Below are positions 1 to 12,812 of a stretch of 64,000 nucleotides of DNA, piece by piece. A program made the position numbers and the translations under genes. Under the pieces are notes generated by a model. It was not told the DNA's origin and made no database searches. It saw nothing but the letters and a program-made list of their open reading frames with translations. This DNA is from Tubiluchus corallicola (taxonomy: Eukaryota > Animalia > Priapulida). The stretch is from NCBI GenBank assembly GCA_030141605.1, contig JAQGDQ010000141.1:186001-250000 (forward strand). The letters run 5' to 3'. How positions within the stretch are numbered: position 1 is the first letter of the stretch; each line of letters begins with the position of its first letter.

Positions 1-140
1 ACACACAAAACCTCAGTACCAGAAACGTCAGTAGGCTATACACAGAACGTTAGTACCCAAAACAACAGTACATACAGTACGCAAAACCTCCGCACTCAAA
101 ACATCAGTGCGCAGAAGCTCAGTGGCGAAATGCTCAGCAT
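1..140. repeat. Degenerate ~15-bp tandem repeat (caaaacNtcagtac-like), truncated at the window start
   Basis: Recurring aaaacctcagtac, aaacgtcagtag, aacgttagtac, aaaacaacagtac, aaaacatcagtgc. Confidence 0.45.
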
Positions 141-1366
141 AACAAGGAATATCAAAATTGCCCAATGGACTAAGATAAAGCCGGCGCTACGTCATTATTA
201 AGGTCCTTTTTTTAGTTGACTAAGTTTTACTTCCTGGAATAAAATTAAGTTAAATATACAGAAATAGGCTCTTAATTATTTTGCATGATGTATGTCTAAC
301 TTTCTTCTTTACTGACGTAATTATAAATTATAATGAACAGTCTAGAACTGGCAGTCGCTGTAATTGACTCTCTTGACAACAGTTTACAGCCAATGTCAGA
401 CGCTGATGTCATTGTTATTTGTGCCAAATTATCCAGCTTCATATTCTCTGTTCTCCGTTGACTGTACAACTTTACTCATTTGCTACACAAAGAGACTCAC
501 ATATGGGAAAGTGAACAGCTGTGAATGATGTTAATGATGTTATTACCAATTTTGGTCACCTGAAACACGTCTGCGTGTCAAAATTCAAATACTTGCCAAC
601 CTTGCAACTTGATGTAAAAGGTCTAATCATCAAAAGTGACCCTCGGGTTATGGCTGTATGGTAAACTTATTATTATTTCGCCAAGACCAAGGGTATTATT
701 ACAGATCTTCCAACAGATGGTCAAAGTATCTGGGATTCCAGGATACAAAAGTGAAGAATATTTGCAATACAGTGTATGCGTAGTCCCGGTTCACTAGATT
801 TAAAGGAAAACAGAATGATTTTTCATATCCTACTCCATTTTGAATGCTAAAAAGTGTGCATTTTCCGACCTATAATAATGCCAAAGCGTTTCTAATAATT
901 AAATAATAGATTAGAACTTAATTAGCGGCAGGCGAGCCCAACTAGTGATGACATCATAACTGGACATAATTTTCAACAGCACAAACATTCCACGAACTTG
1001 TTGCTTCTGTTTACGAAAGCGAAAATTGAAGTAGTGCTACTGTAAGATATTTATAGTGTTGTACTAAAACTCGGTAAATTTTTAGTTTAAAATTCGAATT
1101 TAAAGTTTATCGCTTAGCTGACGCATGAGCTGTCGAATGCGTGCAGTTCATCACAAACTAACACATCTGAAATGAGAGGTACGTACCTGTATTTTGTGCA
1201 GTGCGTTTCCGAAATGCAGACACTAGTGCCCATCTAACTAGCAAATGGTGAAATGCACGTAACAGGAAAGAACTAGCTGCGCGAGCGTGTAATTACCATT
1301 CTGTGGTAATAATTTTTTCACGAAGTCATTCTTAAAAATAGTTCCCTTTCAATACCTTATAGGGTA

Positions 1367-1792
1367 CCGTATTTTCCCATGTATAAGAGACCCTTTTTTG
1401 CTCAGAATTTTCACTTTAAAAATAGGGGGTCTCTTATACATGGGAGTAAGTCTTTTCAATACGATGCATAAATTGTGACACTAATTGTACAGCTGGGTCC
1501 TCAAGGCATGGAATGGTGTAAAGCCAGAGGTCATTATTAAATCTTTCAAGAAGTGTGGCATCTCCAATGCCATGGACGGCACAGAGGACAATGCCATTTT
1601 TGAGCAGAGTGACTCCTCTGATGATGAACTGGCTGGAATTGCTGAAGGTCTGACTCCAGTTGATATTTTTGATGAGAGTGATGAGGAATTTAATGATTTC
1701 TATGATAAATAAAGTTATTCATTACCAAAAAACTTTTTTCCAGAATTTTTGCCTAAAAATTGAAGGGGTCTCTTATACATGGGAAAATACGG
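1367..1792 (+). mobile_element. Internally deleted pogo/Tigger-family transposon
   Basis: Perfect 27-bp TIRs ccgtattttcccatgtataagagaccc (1367-1393 and 1766-1792), TA duplications at 1365-66 and 1793-94, and an extra inverted TIR-like copy at about 1424-1445. Confidence 0.92.
1485..1712 (+). pseudogene. C-terminal remnant of a pogo-type DDE transposase (POGK/POGZ-like tail)
   Basis: WVLKAWNGVKPEVIIKSFKKCGISNAMDGTEDNAIF plus an acidic tail matches the WVxxAW...SFKKCGIS..DG.ED end of pogo transposases. It lies between the TIRs; DNA-binding and catalytic regions are missing. Confidence 0.85.
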
Positions 1793-2562
1793 TAAATTGT
1801 TTTGACTTATTGTTTAATATGGTGCTCTTTTCTTTTAATTTGTTGTCTAAGAGCATCTGTCTTAGTTTTGCCACTCTAATTTCATTTTGCACTTTTAATG
1901 CCCTGGTGAAAGATTCTCAAAGTCCAAGATTTAGGTGAATAAACAAATTATTTTTTACACACATTGTGTTTTCTTTTTACTTGCTGCTTTACTATAATCT
2001 ATTGACTAATAAGGAACAGTGACACTTTCTCCAGCTTGCAAGAAAGTCTTGTTTATGCTCACATTTCCTTTGCTTTGTTGGCATACTGTGCATTGAGTGC
2101 TTGTTTTGAGACGTCTAATGCCCTAATTGCTTGCACTGATACAATAGCTGCATGAAGCTATGGCTTCAGTCACGTCTACCCCACACAAAACGATTATTCT
2201 GTAATTTGAGTGTCTTCGGATTCCTGACTCCGGACAATCGATGATCATGGACTCCTGCCTATGCAGTGATTGATCGTATCAATCATTTCTCTCATCATTA
2301 TCATCATCATCAGTTACGGTATGCGGCCGCCTTGCTTTAAAGCTTCTTCGAGAAGTTCTTGCTGCGTTATTATTTCCGCACTGTGACTTGGAAAACACAG
2401 TGAGCTTATATCATCGACTTTCGTTTCAAACCCCATTACTGTCACCTAAGTGCACAGCTGAGTGCTTTTCAGCAATACCTTGAGTTTATTATTGTTCTTG
2501 TTACATTTATCACTCGCGTTATGGGATCTATGTGCCAGGGAATCCCTATATACACTGGTATA

Positions 2563-3405
2563 CAGGTTGCCGGACATAAGCGGGGATGTCGGTCCGAATT
2601 TGCCGATTGCCGTATTTTCCGGTACTAAACTAATACAGTAGGGCAGGTGTGTGCAAACTGCGGCCCGCGGGCCACTTGCGTCCTGCCGAGAGATCTTGTG
2701 CGGCCCGCGAAGAGGTTTGTCAACTTAATGAAAGTGCGGCCCACGCGATCCAACTGAAGTCCGTGCCACGATCCCAAAGATAGTGCGGGTAGTTTTTTCC
2801 TCTAGATCGGATGGCATTAACCCTTACAAGACTATTGTCACTTAATGTCACTGTCGGACATGACGAAATATATGTTTTTTTAATATGAATTTTAATAACT
2901 TCTAAAATAGTTTCTTGAGTGTAGTAGTGCAGTGGTAATGATGTGCGCAAATCGGATGCAAAAAATCGTTATTAGGTCCTACTGTACTTGGCTCCTTGAC
3001 CAAACTGCCTGTGGCCCACGGGAATTGCGGGAAAGTTTAATGTGGCCCGGCTAGTCAGATAATTTGCACACCCCTGCAGTAGGGGTTGTGTATTAGACTC
3101 ACGATCATGTAGAATCAATCGCCCTATTTTCTCAGGAACGTCTAGTACGGGCCCCTCCTATGTAATAGTATATAAAAACTGTCGGCAGTTGATTAAAATA
3201 ACTCCGCATAATTGTATCTATATTTTTATACGTAGAGATATATACACGTGGTTACACTGATGTACGTGATGTACACAAAGTGACTGTCCGCCAGCCAGCG
3301 GTCAGCTCGCGAAATAACGCACTGCGTCCGCATTATGCGGCACTTTTAACGGATTAAATTTTGTCTGAAATTTCTGATATCCGTAAAAACGAGGTCCGGC
3401 AAACT
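2563..3405. mobile_element. Probable old Tigger/Tc1-like MITE hosting the hAT insertion
   Basis: ta-caggttgccggac on the left versus gtccggcaaact-ta on the right (imperfect inverted repeat), with internal ccgcataa / ttatgcgg motifs. Confidence 0.35.
2644..3076. mobile_element. hAT (Charlie-like) MITE
   Basis: TIRs caggtgtgtgcaaa / tttgcacacccctg (13 of 14), perfect 8-bp TSD cagtaggg (2636-2643, 3077-3084), and repeated g(c/t)ggccc subterminal motifs. Confidence 0.9.
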
Positions 3406-4710
3406 TAGATATGAGTAAATCAGTATGTGGGTTAAAATTGACTGTAGTGAGTAAATTAGCCCCTGTCTTCTGTTTCTGTGTTTCCCTTTAGGCACTGAAC
3501 TAATCAGATGAGCGGCGCTTGTGCTTGAAGTTGAGATAATTTGCTCAGGCCTTGTCCCAAACTTCTTACTAAGCCAATTTCTTAGATTTTCAGCAAAGCA
3601 TGGAACCCAGCTTTGCTTAATGAGTGCCTTGAGGTTTGAGGCAAACGTGATTTGTAGACCAGAGTTTGTGAAGAGGCATAAATAGGATTAATATTGCACG
3701 ATTCTCCTGAAGTTGTGAAAACCCACAGGATTCGACATCATCTGTTTTTTGCTCAGAAGTTGAATTTCTAGCTTTGTAGGAGAGATGGTTTTCTATATTT
3801 GTATAAATATTGGCCTACAGTTGTACATGGTTCTTCTTTTAGGTTTTATCCACTTTTGAATAACATACTTATATTGATTAAGAAACTCTATGAATTGTTT
3901 TGTTTTTGTATACTTCAGATATTATGTCTTCTGATCACGTTTGCCGACCTTTAATTTTCCCAGTTTTAAGTCGCATAATGGCCGCCGGCGCAGAGTTCAC
4001 AGTTGTTTGTGTATTCTGTACGGATTTGCTTTCGCTTAAGTGTTATTTCTAGTTCAAGGTGGAATGTCATAAGAAGTTGCACAGAGTGCGGAAGTTGTTT
4101 TTCTCTCTCCCCGGTTAAAAATAAGACCCGTTCTGCAAGCCGCAAGTATTCCTGTACTGAGTGTTGCTGCAAATATCCGAGAATGTTCCAGAAAACGCTT
4201 TCATACTGGCTAGAGCTTAGACGGCTTTTGTTTATCTTCGTTTGATTGTTATCACTTGGTATTATTTGTAGTACAAATGCATCCTAGTTTTTGCTGGTAA
4301 TGGTTTATAAAGTCCTGGCAGTTAATCCAGAAAAAACACGGCTCCAAGATTAAACTGACAATCAGATGAACGGAATAATTAAACCAATAAATTAATGGAG
4401 AATCTCAGCGTTTGCTAAGCCGTATAGATCTGCAGTTCTGCATTAGATGCATTGACGAAATTATTTTTCAAATTAGCGGTGAGCTGTGCTTAATCACAGT
4501 AATCTTTTCCCTCGCTATTAGTTTTCCTTTTTATGTTATTCCTCTAGTTACAAATTTTAATGTCAAATTCCGAGAAATGTTTGTTACCTCCCAGTCTGTA
4601 ATCGAATTCTATTGGATTTCTCAATACGTGCCAATACAGCATGTGTCACGTAGTGAGTACAGAGCATCCGGATATTATGTAGTTATTGTAACATATACTC
4701 TGGTTCACGT

Positions 4711-5135
4711 AAGGGACGCTGATTACGAATCCAGATAAAAAAGTGACAGAAAAACGTCACAAAAAAGGCACAGGAAGAAATAGCTCTAACCCTAACTCTT
4801 GCCCTAGCCAAAATTAATTGTGACTTTTTTCCTGTGAATTTATTACACGTCGCATTGATTACATCCACTGAAGTTGCATTACCTAAAAAAGTGAGAAATA
4901 AAAAATAAGGGAACGTTGATTACGAATCCAGATAAAAAAGTCACAGGTAAAAAAGTCTCAGGAAAAAGTCACAGAAAAGGCACTGTAAAAAAGAAAGAAG
5001 ACACAGGAAAAAATAACCCTAACTCTTACCCTAGTCCAAATTAATTTTCACTTTCTTTCTGTGGTTTTTTTCCTGCCTTGATTACATCCACTGAAGTTGC
5101 ATTACCTACACATAAAAGAATGAAAAATAAAAAAA
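4711..5135. repeat. Tandem pair of a ~200-bp palindromic repeat element with telomere-like core
   Basis: Units start aagggacgctgattacgaatccagataaaaaag (4711) and aagggaacgttgattacgaatccagataaaaaag (4907). Each has aaaaagtcacag arms, a taaccctaact core and an inverted tttttcctgtg-type arm. A related copy is at about 29935-30080. Confidence 0.7.
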
Positions 5136-5608
5136 CTGCCTATTTTCCCCTACGGGTGCTATACTCAATTACTCATAGCTCTAATGTGCTATTAGTTACA
5201 TCGCCCTGCAGCCCCCCAAAACAAACACTTCGAATCAATAAGTCTCCATAAAAGAAAACCATGTTTACCCATGCACCCATGTGTCAATACCCACTGGGAG
5301 TTGCCACAATGATAATGTGAAGCCAGTCTGTCGGTTATGGTTTCACATACAGTCATGGATCTCCACCATCTGTATTTAGTTTTTCCACACATGCCAGGGC
5401 AGTGTGTAATTGTAACTCACTAGCCTATCTGTCAGATGTCGTGCAGCTATAGATCTCCGCCATCTTGATTTGAAGTTTTTCATGTATAAATGAACTTTTT
5501 AACCAGTAAATTTACTTTCATTATTTCACAAGGATTTTATAGAAAATGTTAGTAACGTAAGTGTGCGTGGCAGGTGTACAATCCCCAGTCGTTTCAATTA
5601 GAAAAGCA

Positions 5609-6112
5609 TTAAAGGAAGACAAGATGATCTTTCATATAACTACCCAATTTTCAAGTCCGATAAAGTGTTTCTGATAATTAAATAATAGATCTAAAAACTT
5701 AATTAACGGCGGGCGAGCCCAAAGATTAATGACATCACAAACTAACTAACATATTTCAACAGCAAGTATATTCCACGAGCGTGAAATTGAAGTACAATGC
5801 TACTGTAAGATATTCAGTGTGAAGTACTAAAGTTAAGCAAATTTTAAGACAAAAATTCAAATTTCAAATTTGCCGCTGTGCTGTTCTTGTGCAATGCGTT
5901 TCCGATATCCAGGCGCTAGTGCCCGTCTAACTAACGAATGGCGAAATGCATGTAACAGCGAAGAACTAGTGGCGCGATCGCCAAATTGTGTTTGTGTGGT
6001 AATAATTCTTTCACGTAAATCATTTTTAAAAAAGTAGTATGTTTCCTTTCAATGTTTTAAAGACTAGATTGTTTTGACCTACAGTTTAAGATTGGGTCCC
6101 GTTCTGCTTTAA
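5609..6112 (+). mobile_element. Kolobok-like family A, copy 2
   Basis: ttaa-aggaagacaag ... gttctgct-ttaa; colinear with copy 1 and lacks the pogo insert. Confidence 0.75.
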
Positions 6113-6639
6113 TACTGTAGTGATTGCCTAACAATTATGCTGTATCTTGCTGTGCTAATCCAAACTTTAATATGAATCATTCAAAGTATTTAAAAGTAGT
6201 TGTAATAGTATTAGTAGTATTTATAGCATAGTACTATTAATAAAGAATACATTAGAAAACTATTAACAAAGACAACCGAGACATACAACACTTACCCATG
6301 GATAGCGTTATTATTTTGTAATTATTAACGAAAACGTGTTTTCTTCTTCCTTAAAACTGTCTGAGTCACACTGAGATACTACTGAATAATATAACTAAAC
6401 ATTTTATGGATTGTTACCTTTAACAACTGTTATAGTAAATTGGTTCATTAAGATAAAAAATGTGCTTTTTCAAACGTTTTAACTTAAAATTTGTCAGGTA
6501 ACAAATTAGACAAATAATAATTTTTATTTCATGCCCTCAAAGAAATTTACGTTATACCAATTAGGGTAGTAGAACTAGAACAGTTGCTTTGATTTAAAAA
6601 TTGCTTTGGTTTATGGAAAAATAATGATTGGTAGACGAC

Positions 6640-7110
6640 CTTGCAATAACAAAAAATCCAGCAGCAACAACAACGCAGTGCAACAACAATAAAAACAAGC
6701 ATCAACAATAAGAACAACGAGATTGAGGAACAGCAGCAGAGGCAAGAACAACAACAACAACTTCAACAACGGTTGCGGCGATAGCAGCAACAACAAAAAC
6801 AAAAGCATCAACAATCAGAGCAGAAGATTACAGAAGAGCAGCAACAACGACAAAAACAACAACAGCAACAACAACAACAACAACAACATCAGCAACACTG
6901 TTGCAGCGATGACAGCAACAACAAAAACAAAAGTATCGACTTTGAGAGCAAAACAAGATTGAAGAACAGCAACAACAACAACATCAACAGCAGCATCAAC
7001 TACACGGTGGCAGCGATGGCAGCAACAATAAAAACAACAACAGCAGCAACCGCCTTCCCAACGAGAATGGAACAACAACAATTATAACAGCAGCAGCTGC
7101 AGCAATAGTA
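6640..7110. repeat. Degenerate (AAC/AGC)n trinucleotide low-complexity tract
   Basis: Long run of caa/cag triplets with internal duplication (gattgaggaacagc / gattgaagaacagc); produces spurious poly-N/poly-L ORFs. Confidence 0.85.
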
Positions 7111-10100
7111 GGTAAAAACAAACGTCCATTCTGCTCAGCTAATGTGCATAAGGGACTATACATGCCCTTAAGTCACGCAATTTTTTCCATAATTGATTTT
7201 CCTTTGTTCAGAGAAACAAAAGTTTTCAGTATTAGCGTGCAAAATGATGAAAACAACTATTGTGCCCTGACGGAACAAATAACTGGCTTATATAATAAAT
7301 TTATAACGATGTGCTCTGATCCCCATTCTTTTAATCCTATTTTAAATAGCATAAAACTTCAGTGAATTGAAAAACTGAAGTACAATATTATATGTATTAT
7401 AAACATATCCTGAAAGTGTAAACACGTTTCAGAACATCAAAATGTAGTAAATTAATGTGATGTAAGGATTTTATACAAGTGCAAATGTGTTGAAATGAAC
7501 TTGATGCAAAAATTTGAAATTCGGCCCAAAATACCCCTTGCGAAGCTGATTGTGGCCTCCCCAGTATGCAACAACATGAAAATTAATTTTGCTGTTGTTA
7601 TAATTTATGATACTTATATTTTTAAGCGCATTTAATTATTTTTAGTTTGTTGAGTAATTTTGTCATGAAATCTAGCTGTTTCTACGATGAAACTTACTTT
7701 AAAATGTTCTTGCAAGCAGCACTTTTATGCTTTTATGTTTTCTCATAAAAAACGTTGTGAACGCACGTGTGTAATTAGACAGTGGAGTTTCGAAAAGTGT
7801 TCATGGATAGTAAAATTGTACTGAAAGTTCGAATACAAGTTGTGGAACAGTATAATAGCAGGGGAAATGTACGAAAACGAAGAAGTTTTTATGTATACGA
7901 GCGAATTTCGGCAATACTAAACTGTATTCATTGCCATATTCTTAGATTTTTTATTATTCTCTGCGTCCTAGAAAGTTTTTCTTAACAGAAGAAGCAGTAT
8001 TCTAGAAAAACTTAACGTTTCTCATTTTCCTCGACAAATTGACATGCACACAATTATATAAATTCGAAATCTATTTCCAGCATGTGGTCTGTATTTGTAA
8101 AAAGCAGACTAATACTACCCTATTAAAGGCTCTTGTTCAAAGCCTTTTAAATAATCCTTTGTCGTAATCATTTTTGTTCTTTGTAAATCCATGATTTTCC
8201 TTTTTTGGCGTCCAGTCAACTAATTTTATTTTACTGTTTTATTTTGTCTATCAGCGGTATGGTTTTGTTTTTCGTTGGAGCAAACTATATGGCTTCGCAG
8301 CTCGCCCATGCGAGCAGCAGTATTTTAAACCTAATCACATTTGACGTCCTTTGGTAGGAAGAGGCTGTTACTCAATTCCACGAAATTTTCCTGTGCTAAT
8401 TTGATCATTAGGACGTTAACTGTGGACCGTCTAAAGCTTTAAATGGGTTTATTCAGCGCTCTCAGCGTGTTTTATTATCACGCTGTAATCCACGCATACT
8501 TTTGCATTCGCGTCTGACTCGATTTATTTCATCCACTGGCATTGCAAAGATGGCTTCACAAATTGTAGTCATTTATTGCCTTTATGGGGCTTTCGTGAGC
8601 CTTGGCTTGGAATAACACATGACTGGCTTCAGAGCAAACCTGAATTAGAACTGACCATGAGAATAGGCCCCCTATCCCACAGGGCCTAAGGCTGTGCCCC
8701 TGCAGTAACGCAGTGCAAGACGAAGAACACGTCGTTACGAATTGACAAAAGCGGTGAGAGAAAAATACAATCTAAATTTAAGTAATGTTCTGGAGTTTCG
8801 TGATTAACCAGCGAAATTCTTAATTTATTTATGTAAGTGACAGTTAAATTAGCTAAAATTTTATCACTAAATTTTTGTCTGATTGTTATTACCTTTCGGG
8901 GCGTTAATATGTTAAAAAATTACTGCCATTGCTGTGTATTTTTGTGCTATATTTTAGCAAAATTTGTAAACTAATATTCGTTTCGTTTGTAATGTTGCAT
9001 GTAGCACGTGTCATTGTTGTAAATGTACGTGTAATCTTATTGGTCTTAATGACAATAAAAATACTACTATTTATTACTACTACTACTACTGTGTGATTAC
9101 GTATGTATGTGTGGATAAAAAACTTTGTGAAATTCTTTGATTGGGTTTTCACTTTTACTAGGCGAAAGAACCTGCTGTGTTTTGGGGAATTTTTACGCGA
9201 ACTTCATGCTTGATGAAGCGTGAAATTAGCTAACTGGCTTCTGTGTTGTTCCTGTATTTTTTCTCCTCTGCTTGCAGACAAGCTTGCAAGTATGAATAAT
9301 AAAGTTTGTCAGCGATACCTAATTGCTACCATTGTTCTTAGTATTGATCCTCACACTTTGATTTAGTGCACGCTTTCAATGCTCGTCAGTCCATCACATG
9401 GTTACCGAGCTCATGTGAATGGTTGAATGTTTTTCTGTCATAGAAGCATTAAAGATTGCAGCTTCTATAGCTTGAATAATAATTTGTACTTTTTATCTGT
9501 ATCATGCATTTTTATAAATATAAACTCAAAGTATTATAAATTTTTGCTCTTTTCATTTTCCATTCATTTTTTATCCCATAATAAAGGGATGTACGTTTTT
9601 TCACTTGTGCAAATTAGCTATTGTGAAGGGAATACGTATGAGTGAAAATAATTTTAAACAAATCTAGGCGGTTCTCACATAATATATTGTCGCAAGTTAG
9701 TGGGCCTCATTTATTATGAATTTTATGAGCAGTGCAAATAGTAGGAGATGTTAATAACGACAGGCTGTCTTCTCGGTAATAATGTCTTCTGGGAGCTCTA
9801 AGGGAAAGCGATGATTGTCAGTAGAACAAGTGGTACAAGCTTAGAGCCCTTGATATATTCTACACTGCGCAATTGATTGGTGATGCAATTAACCTTGCAG
9901 TGACTTTTAGCCGTTTTAGTACGAGGCATGAGAAGGTCGTAAGCCTGGGAAACTCAGAGGAGGACTTCGTGAAGGGGCTCGGAGGAAGATTAGTTGGAAG
10001 AGTGGCAGGGTTAAGATTAGAATAAAAAATACCAAGACCGTCTGATTACGTTTTTGCATTCTTCGGTATAAAAGTATATCAAGTATAAAATCACAGCCAC

Positions 10101-11059
10101 ACACACACACACATAGCAGAAACTAGAAGAATCCAGACATAAACACGGCGTGTTCACACTAGCGAATCGCAAGTGTGAACAGCTTTGCGGGGTTACTGTC
10201 GAAAAGTTATTGTAAACTCTCCGACAATTGCTGCGAGTTGCTCTTGACACTTTTGGCAGTGAGAGAGAGAAGTGAGTGTTAGCTCGCGCTTACTGTCGGA
10301 AAGTAACTTGCAGCAACTTTTGTTTTTTAGTTTGTGCACCTCTGCGAATTGCTTGGCGAGTTAACTCGCTAATCTGGTCTAGCCGTAATGTTCTGCTTGT
10401 GCGCGTGTCATTGATGGTAACCAAATTGTTTTGGTAAAGTGAAAAATTAAAAATTGTAATGAGAACTCTGAGCACCTGGTGCAAATCTTAATACTCTTTA
10501 CAATTTCTTGGTTTTCTAATCTAAACTACTTTTCTTTTTCGACATTTCTAATATTAACGTTTAATATATTGCATTTTTTATTTTGCAAGCAGCTTATATC
10601 CCATATAATCGGTAATGGCACCATATAAACAATACATGCCTACAGACTTTACGTGAGTTACTTTAATCATACCATCGGTTTTGTAAGCATCGTATCACAT
10701 GTAAAAACGGTAATGGCACCATAGGTAAACAATAAATACTTTTCGTGAAATAATTTAATCATACGAACGCTAATAAATTATTTCACTTTAATAACTTTTT
10801 GCAAGCAGTTTATCGAGCATTGAGTGTATTGACTTTATAAATAAACAACATGCACTGAAATAACGTGGAAGCGCTACTTAACAGGTCTCTCCAGTTTACA
10901 AATCCAGTCGTTTAAAATGTCCATTTAGCTTCGCATTAAGGTGAATTTATTAATCGAAGTTTTACTTATTTAACGCTTACATTCTTGGACTCATGTGAAT
11001 AGCACTACGTCAAAGGTGTTTTACACAAATTTCATAGCAAAACAAATCACATTTACAAG

Positions 11060-11410
11060 CAGGCCCGGATTATCGTATAGCTTAATATAGGCTGCAGCCT
11101 AGGGCCTCTGAAGTTTAGGACCCTTCCGGCTTTGCTAACATTTGGTAAAAAAAAATCTGTTTTTCCCTGCGCTTGTGTTGAAACATGTGCTAATTCGGCT
11201 TACAATAAGTAGTAAAATAGCGGTGTTTTTTGAAGAATATGTTTATTGACAAACAAACGATAGCTATTCTAGTTTATTTAAAGAATTTAAAATAAGTTTA
11301 CTTCAAGCTAAAATAAATCACGAAGAAAAATATTCAATCCAAGACTGATGCAGGCCAGTTAGACGGTGGCTCCGTCTGATGGGGCCCCAAAATTTGATAA
11401 TCCGGTCCTG
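11060..11410. mobile_element. hAT (Tip100-like) MITE
   Basis: TIRs caggcccggattatc / gataatccggtcctg (14 of 15); TSD tttacaag / tttacatg (7 of 8); gggcc subterminal motifs. Confidence 0.85.
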
Positions 11411-12373
11411 TTTACATGGCACGCGAATCGGAAAATGCAGCGAAAATCGTAGCGCTGAACGAGATAGCCTAGGGAATTTCTTTTCTACAAGATTGTCTAT
11501 AAATCTTTCCTGTTTTGCACTGCCTGGCAGTGTTGTGTTTTGAAGCCTAGGAGACGTTAAGCGGTAATTATTGGATAGTTTTTCAAGATTGTTGGCGCGC
11601 GCACTGAGTGATTTTTTTACTGCTGACGGACGAATGTAGGTCACGAACGTTAAAAAAATAAAAATCGATGTTACCATGGCGCAAGGAAGCCATTTCGGTT
11701 CAATTTTTATTCAGTTAATAGAGCTCTTTGTTGTGCACAGCTGGTGTGCCATGCAGTGTTTGTCATGATATTCTAAAGCTTCAAAGATTTGGTGGCTTCT
11801 TTGTTTAGCATTTCGCAGATTGCATGCAGAACTTGACAAATGAAACTGAAAATTTATGCAGAAGCCTTTGAGGGCAGAGGTGTTTCTAACGACTCTGCGA
11901 TGTTTTTGTTCTTTAAATACTATAAACCGGCGATTTATTTGCTTATTTAAATAGGTAAATTCTTTTTAGTCGTTTGGTTTCCTATGTTAAATTGCATTTT
12001 TTGGAGCGTGTCATTTTGACCATCTTCTGATATTTTATTGTGACGAGCAATCAGAAATGAAAAGCAGTATGAGAAACTGTGAGAAAAACTAAATGTATGC
12101 CACCTTTACAGTCGTACAGAGTACTACAGGCGCAAAATATCTCGCTGTTCAGTACAAAATAAAATAATAAATTAGATGGCAGTTAGCACAAGCTATTAGC
12201 CATCAATTTCTTTTCAGTTTTTCGAATCCAGACTCGCACCTCTCGCAGTTCATTTCCGACGTGTCATTGTTTCCATAACGAGCTAATTATTTTCTATTAG
12301 AACCTAGTGATTCGCGTGTTACTAAGTGAGAGTTGTCACATGCTCTTCTGCTGCTGCTGCTTTTGCCACTGTT

Positions 12374-12812
12374 GACGCTGCTACTGCGTGTTATCTTTTT
12401 ACTTTTCCGAAAATTAAAGATGAAAGAGGGTTATTTTAGGACTTGTTTGTTAGAGCTTATAATGTTGTTCTTTAAAGGACAAGAAAACAGATTGTTTTTG
12501 TAAAGCTAAAATAAAAGTCTGCATACTGGTTTTCTGCACACAGAGCTAGCAGTAACGCTGCTGCTACTGCGTGTTGTCTTTTTTAAATTTCCGAAGGTTA
12601 AAGGAGAAAGAGGGTTATTTTAGGAATTGTTCTTTAAAGGACATGAAAACAGATTGTTTTTGTAAAGCTAAAATAAAAGTCTGCAAACAGATTGTTTTTG
12701 TAAAGCTAAAGTAAAAGCCTGCATACTGGTTTTCTGCACACAGCTAGCAGTAACGATGTGTAAAACTTGTAAGTTTAAACACCCGCGCTGACAGATAAAC
12801 GTAGCCATTTTA
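12374..12812. mobile_element. Rearranged, locally duplicated fragments of Kolobok-like family B
   Basis: A ~185-bp unit (ctgctactgcgtgtt...ttaaagga.aagaaaacagattg...agctagcagtaacg) occurs twice. Its terminus ttaaaggacaagaaaa and the block gcagtaacg.tgt.taaa...tttaaac.cccg match 20383-20737, 30520-31113 and 38943-39575. Confidence 0.6.

Larger units (their letters stand above)
800..1838 (+). mobile_element. Non-autonomous TTAA-flanked DNA transposon, Kolobok-like family A, copy 1 (interrupted by pogo insertion)
   Basis: Starts ttaa-aggaaaacag and ends cttttctt-ttaa. Aligns along its length with 5609-6112 and with the reverse complement of 20918-21529 (shared cttaatta.cggc.ggcgagccca and gtgccc.tctaacta blocks). 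Confidence 0.75.

Noticed and set aside
3966-4172. Minus-strand ORF ending CELCAGGHYAT resembling a BEL/Pao gag zinc knuckle
   Set aside because: The fourth ligand is absent, a stop follows, and no adjacent protease/RT motifs or LTRs were recognised.
6611-7081. Poly-Asn, poly-Leu and Cys-rich ORFs
   Set aside because: By-products of the AAC/AGC microsatellite, with no splice-compatible context.
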